From Acidimicrobiia bacterium (GTDB taxonomy: Bacteria; Actinomycetota; Acidimicrobiia; IMCC26256; DASPTH01), in contig DASUAS010000282.1 in NCBI GenBank assembly GCA_035763625.1, positions 1 through 37,865 of the forward strand: a stretch of 37,865 bases of DNA, read 5' to 3'. Made by a program: the position numbers and the translations under genes. How positions within the stretch are numbered: position 1 is the first letter of the stretch; each line of letters begins with the position of its first letter. The notes beneath the pieces were generated by a model, which did not search any database, was not told where the DNA came from, and worked only from the letters and a program-made list of their open reading frames with translations. Below are positions 27,415-36,456 of this stretch, piece after piece.

Positions 27415-28770
27415 GTGCCGAGTGTCGTGATCCTGGGTGGTGGCCCCGCGGGCAACACGTGCGCGAGCGTCGCCGCCACCCTCGGCGCCGACGTCACGTT
27501 GATCGAGCGCGACATCGTCGGCGGTGCCGCGCACCTGTGGGACTGCATTCCGTCGAAGGCGTTGATCGCCACGGGTGGCGAGCTGGTCGAGCTCGACCGC
27601 GCGCACACGATGGGGCTCTCGGCCGAGGGCCGCCTCGACATCGAGGCGCTGCGGGAGCGGGTGTCGTCGATCGAGGGCCGGCTCCACCAGATGATCACCA
27701 CGCAGCTCGCGTCGCAGCAGGTGCGGGTGATCCACGGTCGAGCCGAGCTGAAGGGTCCGCACGAGGTCGTCGTCGACACCCACGGCGCGCTCGAGGAGCT
27801 CGCCGCCGACTACGTCGTGGTGGCCACGGGTTCCCGTCCGCGGGTTCCCGAATTCGTACCGATCGACCACGAGCGGGTGCTCACCACTCGCGACGCGTAC
27901 CCGCCGCCGGAGATCCCCGAGCACGCGATCGTCGTGGGGTCCGGTGTCACCGGGGTGGAGTTCACCCACCTGTTCGATTCGCTCGGGTCGAAGGTCACGC
28001 TGCTCGTGTCGCGCCAGCAGGTGCTGCCGATCAAGGACGCCGAGGTCGCATCCGTGCTCGAGGACGCGTTCCTGCAGCGGGGCATCACCCTGCTCAAGGG
28101 CGCGCGGGCGAACGGCGTCGCGCGCGACGGCGACGTCGTGCGCGTCCGCTGCGTCGACGGACGCATCGTCGAGGGTTCCCACGTGCTGCTCGCGGTCGGG
28201 TCCATCCCCAACAGCGAGGGCATCGGGCTCGACGCCGCCGGAGTGGAGGTCGACGCCGCCGGCTACATCCGGGTGAACCACAACTGCCTGTCGAACGTGT
28301 CGCACATCTACGCCGCGGGCGACGTCTCCGGGAAGTTGCCGCTGTCGTCGGTCGCGGCGATGCAGGGCCGCAAGATCGCCGAGCACCTCATGGGGCTGCA
28401 CAACCGGCCCCATCGCCACCTCGACTACGACAAGGCGGCCTCGGCGGTCTTCACCGACCCCGAGATCGCCGACGTCGGCCTGGCCGAGGCCGAGGCGTTC
28501 GCCGAAGGACGCAAGATCCGCGTGACCAAGGTGCCGTTCACCGCGAACGCCAAGGCGCTCATCAAGGGCGACCCGCGCGGCTTCGTGAAGATCCTCTCCG
28601 ATCCCGCGACCGGCGTGGTGCTCGGCGGCTCCATCGTGGGCCGCAACGCGGCCGAGCTCATCAGCGTGCTCGCGGTGGCGGTGACCAACGGCTTGCGCGT
28701 CGACGACATCGTCGACTCGCTCCTCGTGCACCCCTCGCTCGCCGAGCTCCTCGCCGACGCCGCTTCCTAG
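27415..28770 (+). CDS. Pyridine nucleotide-disulfide oxidoreductase, LpdA-like NAD(P)H-quinone reductase type (single active-site Cys)
   Basis: 451 aa from GTG 27415. The FAD motif is ILGGGPAGN and the NAD motif is VVGSGVTGVEF. The active-site block is GGAAHLWDCIPSKAL instead of GGTCLNVGCIPSK. Confidence 0.8.
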   Translation: MPSVVILGGGPAGNTCASVAATLGADVTLIERDIVGGAAHLWDCIPSKALIATGGELVELDRAHTMGLSAEGRLDIEALRERVSSIEGRLHQMITTQLASQQVRVIHGRAELKGPHEVVVDTHGALEELAADYVVVATGSRPRVPEFVPIDHERVLTTRDAYPPPEIPEHAIVVGSGVTGVEFTHLFDSLGSKVTLLVSRQQVLPIKDAEVASVLEDAFLQRGITLLKGARANGVARDGDVVRVRCVDGRIVEGSHVLLAVGSIPNSEGIGLDAAGVEVDAAGYIRVNHNCLSNVSHIYAAGDVSGKLPLSSVAAMQGRKIAEHLMGLHNRPHRHLDYDKAASAVFTDPEIADVGLAEAEAFAEGRKIRVTKVPFTANAKALIKGDPRGFVKILSDPATGVVLGGSIVGRNAAELISVLAVAVTNGLRVDDIVDSLLVHPSLAELLADAAS

Positions 28771-28801
28771 CCGGGAACGGAGCGAGCGCGAGTGAGGGCG
28801 A

Positions 28802-29647
28802 CTAGACGAAGCGCTGGATGAACTGCAACGCGGTGTCGGCGACCTTTCGCCAGCCGTGGTCGATCGTGAGCGCGTGGCCGCGGTCCTCGAGCTCGACGAT
28901 CTCCGTCACCGCGTCCTTGTTGCGCCGTTCGCGCTTGTAGGACGAGTTGCAGATCGACCACGGCACCGTGTGGTCCTCGGCGCCGGCGATGATCAGCAGG
29001 GGCCCGCGGTCGGGGCTCTTGGTCTTGACCTTCACCTCGGTCCAGGGGTTGAGGTTGGCGGTGGCCGCCTGGAAGAGCGGCAGGCCGGCGGCCGGCACCG
29101 CGTACGTGTTGTAGAGCTCGTGTGCCTCGTCCTCCGACACCGCGTTGGCGAACGCGTAGCGGAACTGCTCGTAGGTGAGCGGGACGGCCCGGCCGTGGTT
29201 GCGTGGATTGCGCAAGACCGGCGACGACGACCGGAGCGCCGAGACCGGCAACGGCAGCACGCCCCGGTGGGGGGCGGGGGAGATCGCGACCGAGGCGTCG
29301 CTGCACCCGCGACCGGCGAGGATCTCGGTGAGGAGTCCGCCGAAGGAGTGGCCGACCACCGCGGTGCGCTGCTGCAGCTCCCGGATCACTGCTTCCACGT
29401 GGTCGGCGACCTGCTGCACCGACTTGCGCGCGAACACCTCGGGGTGGCGGTTCGCCTCGTCGACCGAGTTGGGGTCGTCGGGCCAGCCCGCGGTGACGGT
29501 GGAGAACCCGGCGGCCTGGAACACCTCGGCCCACCGGTCCCAGCTGCTCGGCAACAACCACAGGCCGTGCACGAACACCACCGGCGGCCTGCCCGATGCG
29601 TTCGCGGCCGCGACCTGCTCCGCCTCGTACTCCATCAGCTCGGTCAT
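28802..29647 (-). CDS. Alpha/beta hydrolase (esterase/lipase-like)
   Basis: 281 aa. The oxyanion region is VVFVHGLW and the nucleophile is VVGHSFGG. CAGACT sits 6 nt upstream of the ATG. Confidence 0.75.
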   Translation of the reverse strand: MTELMEYEAEQVAAANASGRPPVVFVHGLWLLPSSWDRWAEVFQAAGFSTVTAGWPDDPNSVDEANRHPEVFARKSVQQVADHVEAVIRELQQRTAVVGHSFGGLLTEILAGRGCSDASVAISPAPHRGVLPLPVSALRSSSPVLRNPRNHGRAVPLTYEQFRYAFANAVSEDEAHELYNTYAVPAAGLPLFQAATANLNPWTEVKVKTKSPDRGPLLIIAGAEDHTVPWSICNSSYKRERRNKDAVTEIVELEDRGHALTIDHGWRKVADTALQFIQRFV

Positions 29648-29727
29648 CGGCGGAGTCTGGTCGACCCGGACGGACCCCGCCGAACCGCGCGCGACGCCAC
29701 CGACGGGATGGAAACGTCAGGAACCGG

Positions 29728-30684
29728 TCAGTCGGACGGCGAGAGGGGTTGGCGCGGAGTGCGGTCGACGACGAGGCGGAAGACGTCGTTGCGCGCGTAG
29801 TGACCCACGACGTCGAGCGTGCGCCGCTCCGACGCGACGCGCCCGACGTCGAGGTCGGCGAAGAGCACGCCGTGCTGCTCGCGCAGCGGGCCGGCGGCGA
29901 TCTCACCGCCCGGTCGGACGACCGCGGAGTCGCCGGGGTTCAGCCACGTGCCGTCGCTCACGCCCGCGAAGACGGTGTCGCGCGCCGGGAACGTGGCCGG
30001 GACGTCGTCGATGGTCAGGGAGCACCCCGACCCGAGCACCCAGCATCGCCCTTCGGCGGCGATGTGTCGCAGGGTCGCGAGCCAGGTGTCGCCCGAGTCC
30101 CAGGTGCACGCGACGTAGATCTCCACGCCGTCCCCGTACAACGCGACCCGGGCGAGCGGCATGTAGTTCTCCCAGCAGATGAGCGCGCCGAGCCGTCCGG
30201 CCGGGGTGTCGACGACCCGGAGGCCGCGCCCGTCACCCTCACCCCACACCATGCGCTCGGGGTTGGTCGGGACGAGCTTGCGGTGACGGTTGAGGACCGC
30301 GCCGTCGGGCCCGATCGTCACCAGCGTGTTGTAGAGCGTCGAACGGCCGAACGTGCCGTCGCGCTCGTGCACCCCGCAGACGACCGTCACCGCGCGTTGC
30401 GCGGCGGCGACGCGCACCGCGGCGAGCCCGTCGTCGTCGAGGTCCACCGCGTTGGCGACCAGCTCGGCGTGCAGCTGCGACGTGAGCCCGTGGTCGGGGC
30501 CGGGGCGGAGGCGCCAGATCCACACCGGGTACCCCGGCACGTACGCCTCGGGGAACACCGCCAGCTGCGCCCCGCCGTCGGCGACCTCGTGCACGAGCTC
30601 CACCACGCGGTCGAGGGTGGCCGCTCGGTCCAGGAGCACCGGCGGTACCTGCACGACCGCGACCCGAATCGCCTCTGGGCCCAC
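29728..30684 (-). CDS. Nitrilase / carbon-nitrogen hydrolase family protein
   Basis: 318 aa. The Glu-Lys-Cys triad blocks are FPEAYVPGYP, HRKLVPT and ICWENYMP. GTG start. Confidence 0.85.
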   Translation of the reverse strand: MGPEAIRVAVVQVPPVLLDRAATLDRVVELVHEVADGGAQLAVFPEAYVPGYPVWIWRLRPGPDHGLTSQLHAELVANAVDLDDDGLAAVRVAAAQRAVTVVCGVHERDGTFGRSTLYNTLVTIGPDGAVLNRHRKLVPTNPERMVWGEGDGRGLRVVDTPAGRLGALICWENYMPLARVALYGDGVEIYVACTWDSGDTWLATLRHIAAEGRCWVLGSGCSLTIDDVPATFPARDTVFAGVSDGTWLNPGDSAVVRPGGEIAAGPLREQHGVLFADLDVGRVASERRTLDVVGHYARNDVFRLVVDRTPRQPLSPSD

Positions 30685-30727
30685 GGCCCGCAGTCTCTCA
30701 CCGACGGCGCGGCGCGTGCCGCGGCCG

Positions 30728-32521
30728 CTACTCGATGACGACGAGGACGTCGCCGGTGCCGACGGTGTCGCCGGCGGCGATGCGCACCTCTTTCACCGTG
30801 CCCGACTTCTCCGCGCTGATGTGGTTCTCCATCTTCATCGCCTCGAGCACGAGCACCGACTGGCCGACCTCGACCGCGTCGCCCTCGGCCACGAGCACCT
30901 TGACGATCGTGCCCTGCATCGGGGCCGAGATGGTGCCGCTGCCGGCCCCGCCGCCGGATGCGCCCGCGCCGGGACGGGGTCGGGCCGAGCGCTTCCTCGG
31001 GGTGGCGGTGCCCGCCGCTTGCTCGGGGAGCCAGAGCTTCACCGAGTAGCGCTTGCCGTCGACCTCCACCGGGATCGTGCGCTCGAGCAGCGGCTCGGCT
31101 TCCTCGGTGCCGTCGACCGGCACGGCCTCGGGCGCCGCGGCCTCGCTGAAGCTGGCCTGATCGACCTCGTCCTCCACCCACTTGGTGGAGTGGTGGACCG
31201 CGGCGAAGTCGGGGTTCGAGAGCAGCGCGACGTGCGCGGGGATGGTGGTGTGCAGCCCGGTGATCTCGAACTCACCGAGCGCGCGCAGCATGCGCTTGCG
31301 GGCGCGCTCACGATCCGGCGCCCAGACGACGAGCTTGCCGATCAGGTTGTCGTAGTACTGCGAGACGGTGTCGCCCTGCGCGTAGCCGCCGTCCCACCGA
31401 ACGCCGGGCCCGGCCGGGAGCCGCGGGTGTGCGATGGTGCCGGGCGACGGGGCGAAGTTGGCGGCCGCGTTCTCGGCGTTGATGCGGCACTCGATCGAGT
31501 GGCCAGTGTGCACGATGTCGTCGGCGGTGAAGCTCAGTGGCTCACCGGCGGCGACGCGCAGCTGCTCGGCGACGAGGTCGAGCTGGGTGACCTCCTCGGT
31601 GACGCAGTGCTCCACCTGGAGGCGGGTGTTCATCTCGAGGAACCAGAACTCGCCGTCCTGGTAGAGGCACTCGACGGTGCCGGCGTTCACGTAGCCGCAG
31701 CCGCGCGTCACCTTCACCGCGGCCTCGTTCATCGCGGCACGGATCTCGTCGCTCAGCTCGGGCGCCGGGCTCTCCTCGATGAGCTTCTGGTGGCGACGCT
31801 GCGTGGAGCAGTCGCGCTCGCCGATGCAGACGACGTTGCCGTGGGTGTCGGCGAAGACCTGCAGCTCGATGTGGCGGGGCCGGGTCAGGTAGCGCTCCAT
31901 GTAGCACTCGCCCCGCCCGAAGTACGCGACGGCTTCGCGGGCTGCCGACTCGAACGCCTCGGCGGCGTCGTCGGGCCCGTGGGCGATCTTCAGACCGCGA
32001 CCGCCACCGCCGTACGCGGCCTTGATGGCCACCGGCCAGCCGTGCTCGTTGCCGAACGCGACGACCTCGGACGCGTCCTGGATGGGGTCGAGCGTGCCCG
32101 GCACCGCGGCCACGTCGGACGCCGCCGCCGACTTCCGGGACGAGATCTTGTCGCCCATGATCTCGATCGCCTCGGGCGGGGGCCCGATCCAGGCGACACC
32201 GCGCTCGCTGATGGCCCGGGCGAAGTCGGCGTTCTCGGAGAAGAAGCCGTAGCCCGGGTGGACGGCCTCGGCACCGCTCTTCTCGATGGCGTCGAGGATC
32301 GCCTCGGTGTTGAGGTAGCTCTCGGCCGCGGTCTGGCCGCCGAGCGCATACGCCTCGTCGGCGTAGCGGACGTGCATCGCGTCCCGGTCGAGCTCGGAGT
32401 AGACGGCGACGGTGGTGATGCCGAGCTCGCGGCACGTGCGCATGACCCGGATGGCGATCTCACCCCGGTTGGCGATCAGGACTTTGCTGAACACGTGCCC
32501 CTCGAGATCCTCTGGCGACAA
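30728..32521 (-). CDS. accA: Acyl-CoA carboxylase alpha subunit (biotin carboxylase + BCCP domains)
   Basis: KVLIANRGEIA lies at the N-terminus. The biotinylation motif is EAMKMEN near the C-terminus. The start is ambiguous: TTG 32521 (ORF track) or GTG 32494. Confidence 0.9.
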   Translation of the reverse strand: MSPEDLEGHVFSKVLIANRGEIAIRVMRTCRELGITTVAVYSELDRDAMHVRYADEAYALGGQTAAESYLNTEAILDAIEKSGAEAVHPGYGFFSENADFARAISERGVAWIGPPPEAIEIMGDKISSRKSAAASDVAAVPGTLDPIQDASEVVAFGNEHGWPVAIKAAYGGGGRGLKIAHGPDDAAEAFESAAREAVAYFGRGECYMERYLTRPRHIELQVFADTHGNVVCIGERDCSTQRRHQKLIEESPAPELSDEIRAAMNEAAVKVTRGCGYVNAGTVECLYQDGEFWFLEMNTRLQVEHCVTEEVTQLDLVAEQLRVAAGEPLSFTADDIVHTGHSIECRINAENAAANFAPSPGTIAHPRLPAGPGVRWDGGYAQGDTVSQYYDNLIGKLVVWAPDRERARKRMLRALGEFEITGLHTTIPAHVALLSNPDFAAVHHSTKWVEDEVDQASFSEAAAPEAVPVDGTEEAEPLLERTIPVEVDGKRYSVKLWLPEQAAGTATPRKRSARPRPGAGASGGGAGSGTISAPMQGTIVKVLVAEGDAVEVGQSVLVLEAMKMENHISAEKSGTVKEVRIAAGDTVGTGDVLVVIE

Positions 32522-32529
32522 GGTCGCCG

Positions 32530-32535
32530 TATCCT
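32530..32535 (+). promoter_or_regulatory. -10-like hexamer TATCCT, 6 nt before GTG 32542 (leaderless geometry); the opposite strand reads TAGGAT at 32531-32536
   Basis: The sequence is GTATCCTACggctGTG. Confidence 0.45.
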
Positions 32536-32541
32536 ACGGCT

Positions 32542-33273
32542 GTGCCTGCACCCGCTCGCACCTCGGACCGGGGCCCCTGGCGGGTCGAGTGGTTCGCCAC
32601 CCTCGACTCCACCAACCGCCGTGCGCTCGACGCCGCCCGGGCCGGTGCAGCCGACGGCCTGGTGGTGGTGGCCGACGAGCAGACCGCGGGACGGGGGCGG
32701 TTGGGGCGCACCTGGGAGGCGCCCCCGGGGTCGTCGTTGCTGGTCACGGTGCTGCTGCGCCGGGAGGGCGGCGACCGGGGGCGGGCGGTGATGGCGGCCG
32801 GGGTGGCGCTGGCCGCGGCGATCGAGCAGATCGCCGGAGTCGTCGCCGGCCTCAAGTGGCCGAACGACGTGGTGGTGGGGGAGCGCAAGCTGGCCGGCCT
32901 GCTGGCCGAGGTCGACGGCGACGCCCTGGTGGTCGGCGCCGGCTGCAACGTGAACTGGGAGTCGTTCCCCGACGAGCTGGTCGCCACCGCGACCGCCTGC
33001 AATCTGGAGGCCGGCCGCCGCGTCGACCGCGACGCCCTGCTCGACGCCTTCCTCGACCGTTTCGCCGAGGCGCTGGCGGCCGGCGCGGCGATCGTCGACG
33101 ACTACCGCGCCCGACTCACCACCGTCGGGCGGGCCGTCCGCGTCCACCACCTGCGTGGCGACGACCTCGTGGGCACCGCGATCGGGGTCACCGACGACGG
33201 CGCGCTCGTGGTGCGCGACGGCCGGGGTGACGACCACACCGTCGTCGCCGCCGACGTCCACCACCTCCGCTGA
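32542..33273 (+). CDS. birA: Biotin--[acetyl-CoA-carboxylase] ligase, group I (no N-terminal DNA-binding domain)
   Basis: 243 aa. The motif is GRGRLGRTWEAPPGSSL. At this length there is no room for a winged-helix domain. Confidence 0.9.
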   Translation: MPAPARTSDRGPWRVEWFATLDSTNRRALDAARAGAADGLVVVADEQTAGRGRLGRTWEAPPGSSLLVTVLLRREGGDRGRAVMAAGVALAAAIEQIAGVVAGLKWPNDVVVGERKLAGLLAEVDGDALVVGAGCNVNWESFPDELVATATACNLEAGRRVDRDALLDAFLDRFAEALAAGAAIVDDYRARLTTVGRAVRVHHLRGDDLVGTAIGVTDDGALVVRDGRGDDHTVVAADVHHLR

Positions 33274-33300
33274 TCCCCGTTGATCCCCGTTGATCCCCGT
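33271..33300 (+). repeat. Perfect tandem repeat (TGATCCCCGT)x3 beginning with the birA stop codon
   Basis: Read directly from the sequence. The TGA triplets at 33271, 33281 and 33291 fall in all three frames. Confidence 0.95.
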
Positions 33301-33360
33301 TCTGCCACCGTTCGACCGCCTCAAACCCCCGCGAACGGCGCCAAAACGTGGAATCAGGAA

Positions 33361-34215
33361 TCAGGGGTCGAGGTCCTGGGCGACGAGGGCGTTGAACGCG
33401 GTGCCGAGGGCGGCGGCGACGGGGCCGGGCACCGACGGCAGGGCGCGGTCGTCGACGTGTGAGATGGGCTGCACCTGGCGCGTCGTCGACGTGAGGAAGG
33501 CCTCATCGGCCTCTCCGAGCGCGTCGATGGGCAGGGGCGACTCGTCGACCGCCATGCCCGCGGCCGCCGCGAGCTCGAGCACCAGCGCCCGCGTGACGCC
33601 GAGCAGGCAGCCCGACGACCCCGGCGGCGTCGCGATCCTGCCGTCGCGCACGACGAACACGTTCGAGCCGGTGGCTTCGCACAGCTCGTCGCGCGTGTTG
33701 GCGAAGATCGCCTCGCTCGCACCGCGCTCGTGGGCGAACGCGAGTGCGCGCACGTTCTCGGCGTACGAAGTGGTCTTCAGCCCCGCGGTGGCGCCGCGCT
33801 CGTTCCGCACCCACGGGACGACGACGACGCGCACCGAGTCGGGCCCGGCGCGCAGCGCGCTGCTGGCGACGACGACGGTGGGACCGCTGCGTCCGCGCTC
33901 CGAACCCAGCGGGGAGACTCCGCCGGTCACGGTGATGCGAAGTCGGGCCTCAGCGTGCCCGTTGGCCGCGAGGACCGAGCACGCGGCCGCGTGCAGCTCG
34001 TCGCGGTCGGGCAGCTCCAGACCGAGGCCCGACGCCGAGTGCGCGAGGCGGTCGAGGTGACGGGTCCACGCGAAGGGCTCGCCGCCGTAGACGCGGATGG
34101 TCTCGAACACGCCGTCACCGACCAGGAGCCCGTGGTCGAACGGCGAGATGCGGGCAACCTCGACGGCGACCAGCGCGCCGTCCACCCACACCCACCCCGC
34201 GTCCGGATCGGTCAC
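33361..34215 (-). CDS. pabC: Class IV aminotransferase-fold protein, probably aminodeoxychorismate lyase
   Basis: 284 aa from GTG 34215, with a GTGA overlap with the pabB stop. Blocks are DHGLLVGDGVFETIRVY and GLKTTSY. Confidence 0.7.
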   Translation of the reverse strand: MTDPDAGWVWVDGALVAVEVARISPFDHGLLVGDGVFETIRVYGGEPFAWTRHLDRLAHSASGLGLELPDRDELHAAACSVLAANGHAEARLRITVTGGVSPLGSERGRSGPTVVVASSALRAGPDSVRVVVVPWVRNERGATAGLKTTSYAENVRALAFAHERGASEAIFANTRDELCEATGSNVFVVRDGRIATPPGSSGCLLGVTRALVLELAAAAGMAVDESPLPIDALGEADEAFLTSTTRQVQPISHVDDRALPSVPGPVAAALGTAFNALVAQDLDP

Positions 34216-35513
34216 GACGCGGCCCGGGTCGCCGTCTCCGCCCCCGCCACCGCCAGCAGGCGCGCCGCCTTGAGCTCGGTCTCCGCCCACTCCGCGTGGG
34301 GCCGGGAGTCGGCGACGATGCCGCCGCCCACCGAGAAGTGCGTGCACCCCTCGCTGCCGGCTCCGAGGACGGTGAAGGTGCGGATGGCGACGGCGAGGTC
34401 GGCGCTGACCCGCGCCGGGTCGTCGGCCGAGGTGTCGATCCAGCCGAGCGCGCCGCAGTAGGCACCCCGGCGCACCGGTTCGAGGTCTTCGATGGCCTGC
34501 AGCACCCGCGGCTTGGGTGCGCCGGTGACCGACGCGGGCGGGAACGTGGCGCGGACGAGCGCGCCGATCCCGACGTCGAGAGGGAGGCGACCCCGCACGG
34601 TGCTCACGAGGTGGTGGAGGCCCGGGTGCGACTCGATCGCGCACAGCCCCGGGACGTGCACCGATCCCGGCGTGCACACCCGGCCGAGGTCGTTGCGCGC
34701 GAGGTCGACGATCATCACGTTCTCGGCGTGGTCCTTGGCGCTGGCGCGCAACGCGGCGCGGGTGGCGGCAGTGCCCTTGATCGGACGGGTCTCGACGTCG
34801 CGCCGGCGAACGCGGAGGTAGCGCTCGGGCGAAGCCGACACCACTGCGGTTCCCGGCCCGAGGTCGGGGAGCTGGAGCAGCGCGAGGTGCGGTGCGGGAT
34901 GGGCGCGCGCGAGCGCGCCGTGCAACGCGACCGGATCGAGGGCGACGTCGCACGTGAGGCGGCGGGTGAGGTTGACCTGGTAGCACTCGCCGGCCCGGAG
35001 CAGGTCGAGGACGGCCTCGACCCGATCGGCGAACTCGTCGCGCTCGAGCCCGGTGCGCCAGCGCGTCGGCGAGCTGGGACCAACGATCGGCCGCGTCGTG
35101 CCACGTGTCGCGCCTCGCGCTGCGTGCCGCGCCACGGCGGCGTCGAGCAATCCACGACCGGCGCCGGTGCCCCGCACCTCGATGCTGCCGCGCGGGTCGA
35201 CCACGGCGATGGCGTCGAAGCGCGCGAACACCGCGTCGGGGACGACGGCCGCCTCGGTCGACGCGCCCCGCACGACCACCCGCTCGACGGCGTGGCCGAG
35301 CTCGAACGCGCACCAGCCGACCCAGAACCCGGGCGTCAGCGCGTCGAGGGCGACGAAGGCGTCGCTGCCGTCGGCGACCACGACCTCGTCGGGCACGACG
35401 CCCACGACGGTCGACCGGTCCCGCCGCACCGCGGCCGCCGCGACGCCCAGCGGCAGGCTGCTCACGAGTTGCGACGCGACGAGGTCGGCGTGCTCCACCG
35501 GGCCACGGTACAA
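34212..35513 (-). CDS. pabB: Aminodeoxychorismate synthase component I (chorismate-binding enzyme)
   Basis: Blocks are SASPERYL, RPIKGT, GAPK and GAYCGALGW. I chose TTG 35513 as the start because GAGGAG sits 6 nt upstream. Alternatives are GTG 35498 or GTG 35624. Confidence 0.75.
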   Translation of the reverse strand: MYRGPVEHADLVASQLVSSLPLGVAAAAVRRDRSTVVGVVPDEVVVADGSDAFVALDALTPGFWVGWCAFELGHAVERVVVRGASTEAAVVPDAVFARFDAIAVVDPRGSIEVRGTGAGRGLLDAAVARHAARGATRGTTRPIVGPSSPTRWRTGLERDEFADRVEAVLDLLRAGECYQVNLTRRLTCDVALDPVALHGALARAHPAPHLALLQLPDLGPGTAVVSASPERYLRVRRRDVETRPIKGTAATRAALRASAKDHAENVMIVDLARNDLGRVCTPGSVHVPGLCAIESHPGLHHLVSTVRGRLPLDVGIGALVRATFPPASVTGAPKPRVLQAIEDLEPVRRGAYCGALGWIDTSADDPARVSADLAVAIRTFTVLGAGSEGCTHFSVGGGIVADSRPHAEWAETELKAARLLAVAGAETATRAAS

Positions 35514-35593
35514 GGCGGGCTCCTCGCCGTCCCCGGTGGTTTCCGACCGCTGCTCACGTCGTCCGCATGGGATCCGTGCCCACACGAGGCCCG

Positions 35594-35599
35594 TACACT
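35594..35599 (+). promoter_or_regulatory. -10-like hexamer TACACT, 8 nt before GTG 35608 (leaderless geometry)
   Basis: The sequence is TACACTtcccatccGTG. Confidence 0.4.
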
Positions 35600-35607
35600 T
35601 CCCATCC

Positions 35608-36452
35608 GTGCGCATCCTCGTCACCGGCGCGGCCGGTCAGGTCGGTGCCCGAGTCGTCGAGGTGCTCGGGGAGCACCACGAGGTCCTCGGCGCGGCGCGC
35701 GACACGCTCGACCTCGTCGACCGCGAGCAGGTCGAGCAGGTCGTGGCGGAGTTCGCGCCCGACGCGGTGGTGAACGCGGCGGCCATGACCAACGTCGACG
35801 GCTGCGAGCGCGACCCGGAGCGCGCCTACGGGGTGAACGCGCTCGGCGTCCGCACGCTCGCGCAGGCCAGCGCCCGGCGGGGCGCCCACCTGGTGCACAT
35901 CTCCACCGACTACGTGTTCGACGGCGCGTCTTCACTGCCGTACCACGAGTGGGACGCGGCGAGGCCCCTGTCGCACTACGGCCGCTCGAAGCTCGGCGGC
36001 GAGCAGGAGGTCGAACGGCATGCGGCCTCGTGGGCCACCGTGCGCACCTCCTGGGTGTTCGGACGCCGCGGCACCGACCTCGTGAGCTGGGCGTTCGGTG
36101 CCTTCGACCGGGGTGAGCTCGACGGCGTGCTCGCCGACCAGGTGAGCATCCCCACCTACGCGCCGGACCTCGCGGGGTTGCTCGCACGGTTCGCGGTGGA
36201 GCGCCGGCAGGGCCTGTTCCACGTGACCAGCGGGAGCGAGGCGGTCACCCGCCACGAGCTCGTCGTCACCGCGTTGCGCGCTCGGGGCGTCGACCCGTCG
36301 GGGATCGCGCCGATCGACGCCGCGGATCTCGACCGTCCTGCCGCGCGCCCGCCGATGAGCGCGCTCGACAACCGTGCGCTGCGCCTCGCCGGGCTCCCGT
36401 CGCTGCGCTCCTGGCGCGACGCGGTGACCGAGTACGTGAAGGACTGGGACGC

Positions 36453-36456
<4 letters not shown>
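35608..36456 (+). CDS. rmlD: dTDP-4-dehydrorhamnose reductase
   Basis: 282 aa from GTG 35608. Blocks are ILVTGAAGQVG, STDYVFDG and YGRSKLGGE. Confidence 0.85.

Noticed and set aside
30353-32791. 812-aa ORF on the plus strand
   Set aside because: It lies antisense to accA, which has clear biotin carboxylase and BCCP motifs, and it runs out of frame into birA. It has no motifs and junk composition.
33271-33300. Possibility that the 10-bp tandem repeats are a CRISPR array or a mobile-element end
   Set aside because: The units are contiguous with no spacers and far too short. There are no cas, transposase or integrase genes, and no flanking target-site duplication pattern in the window.
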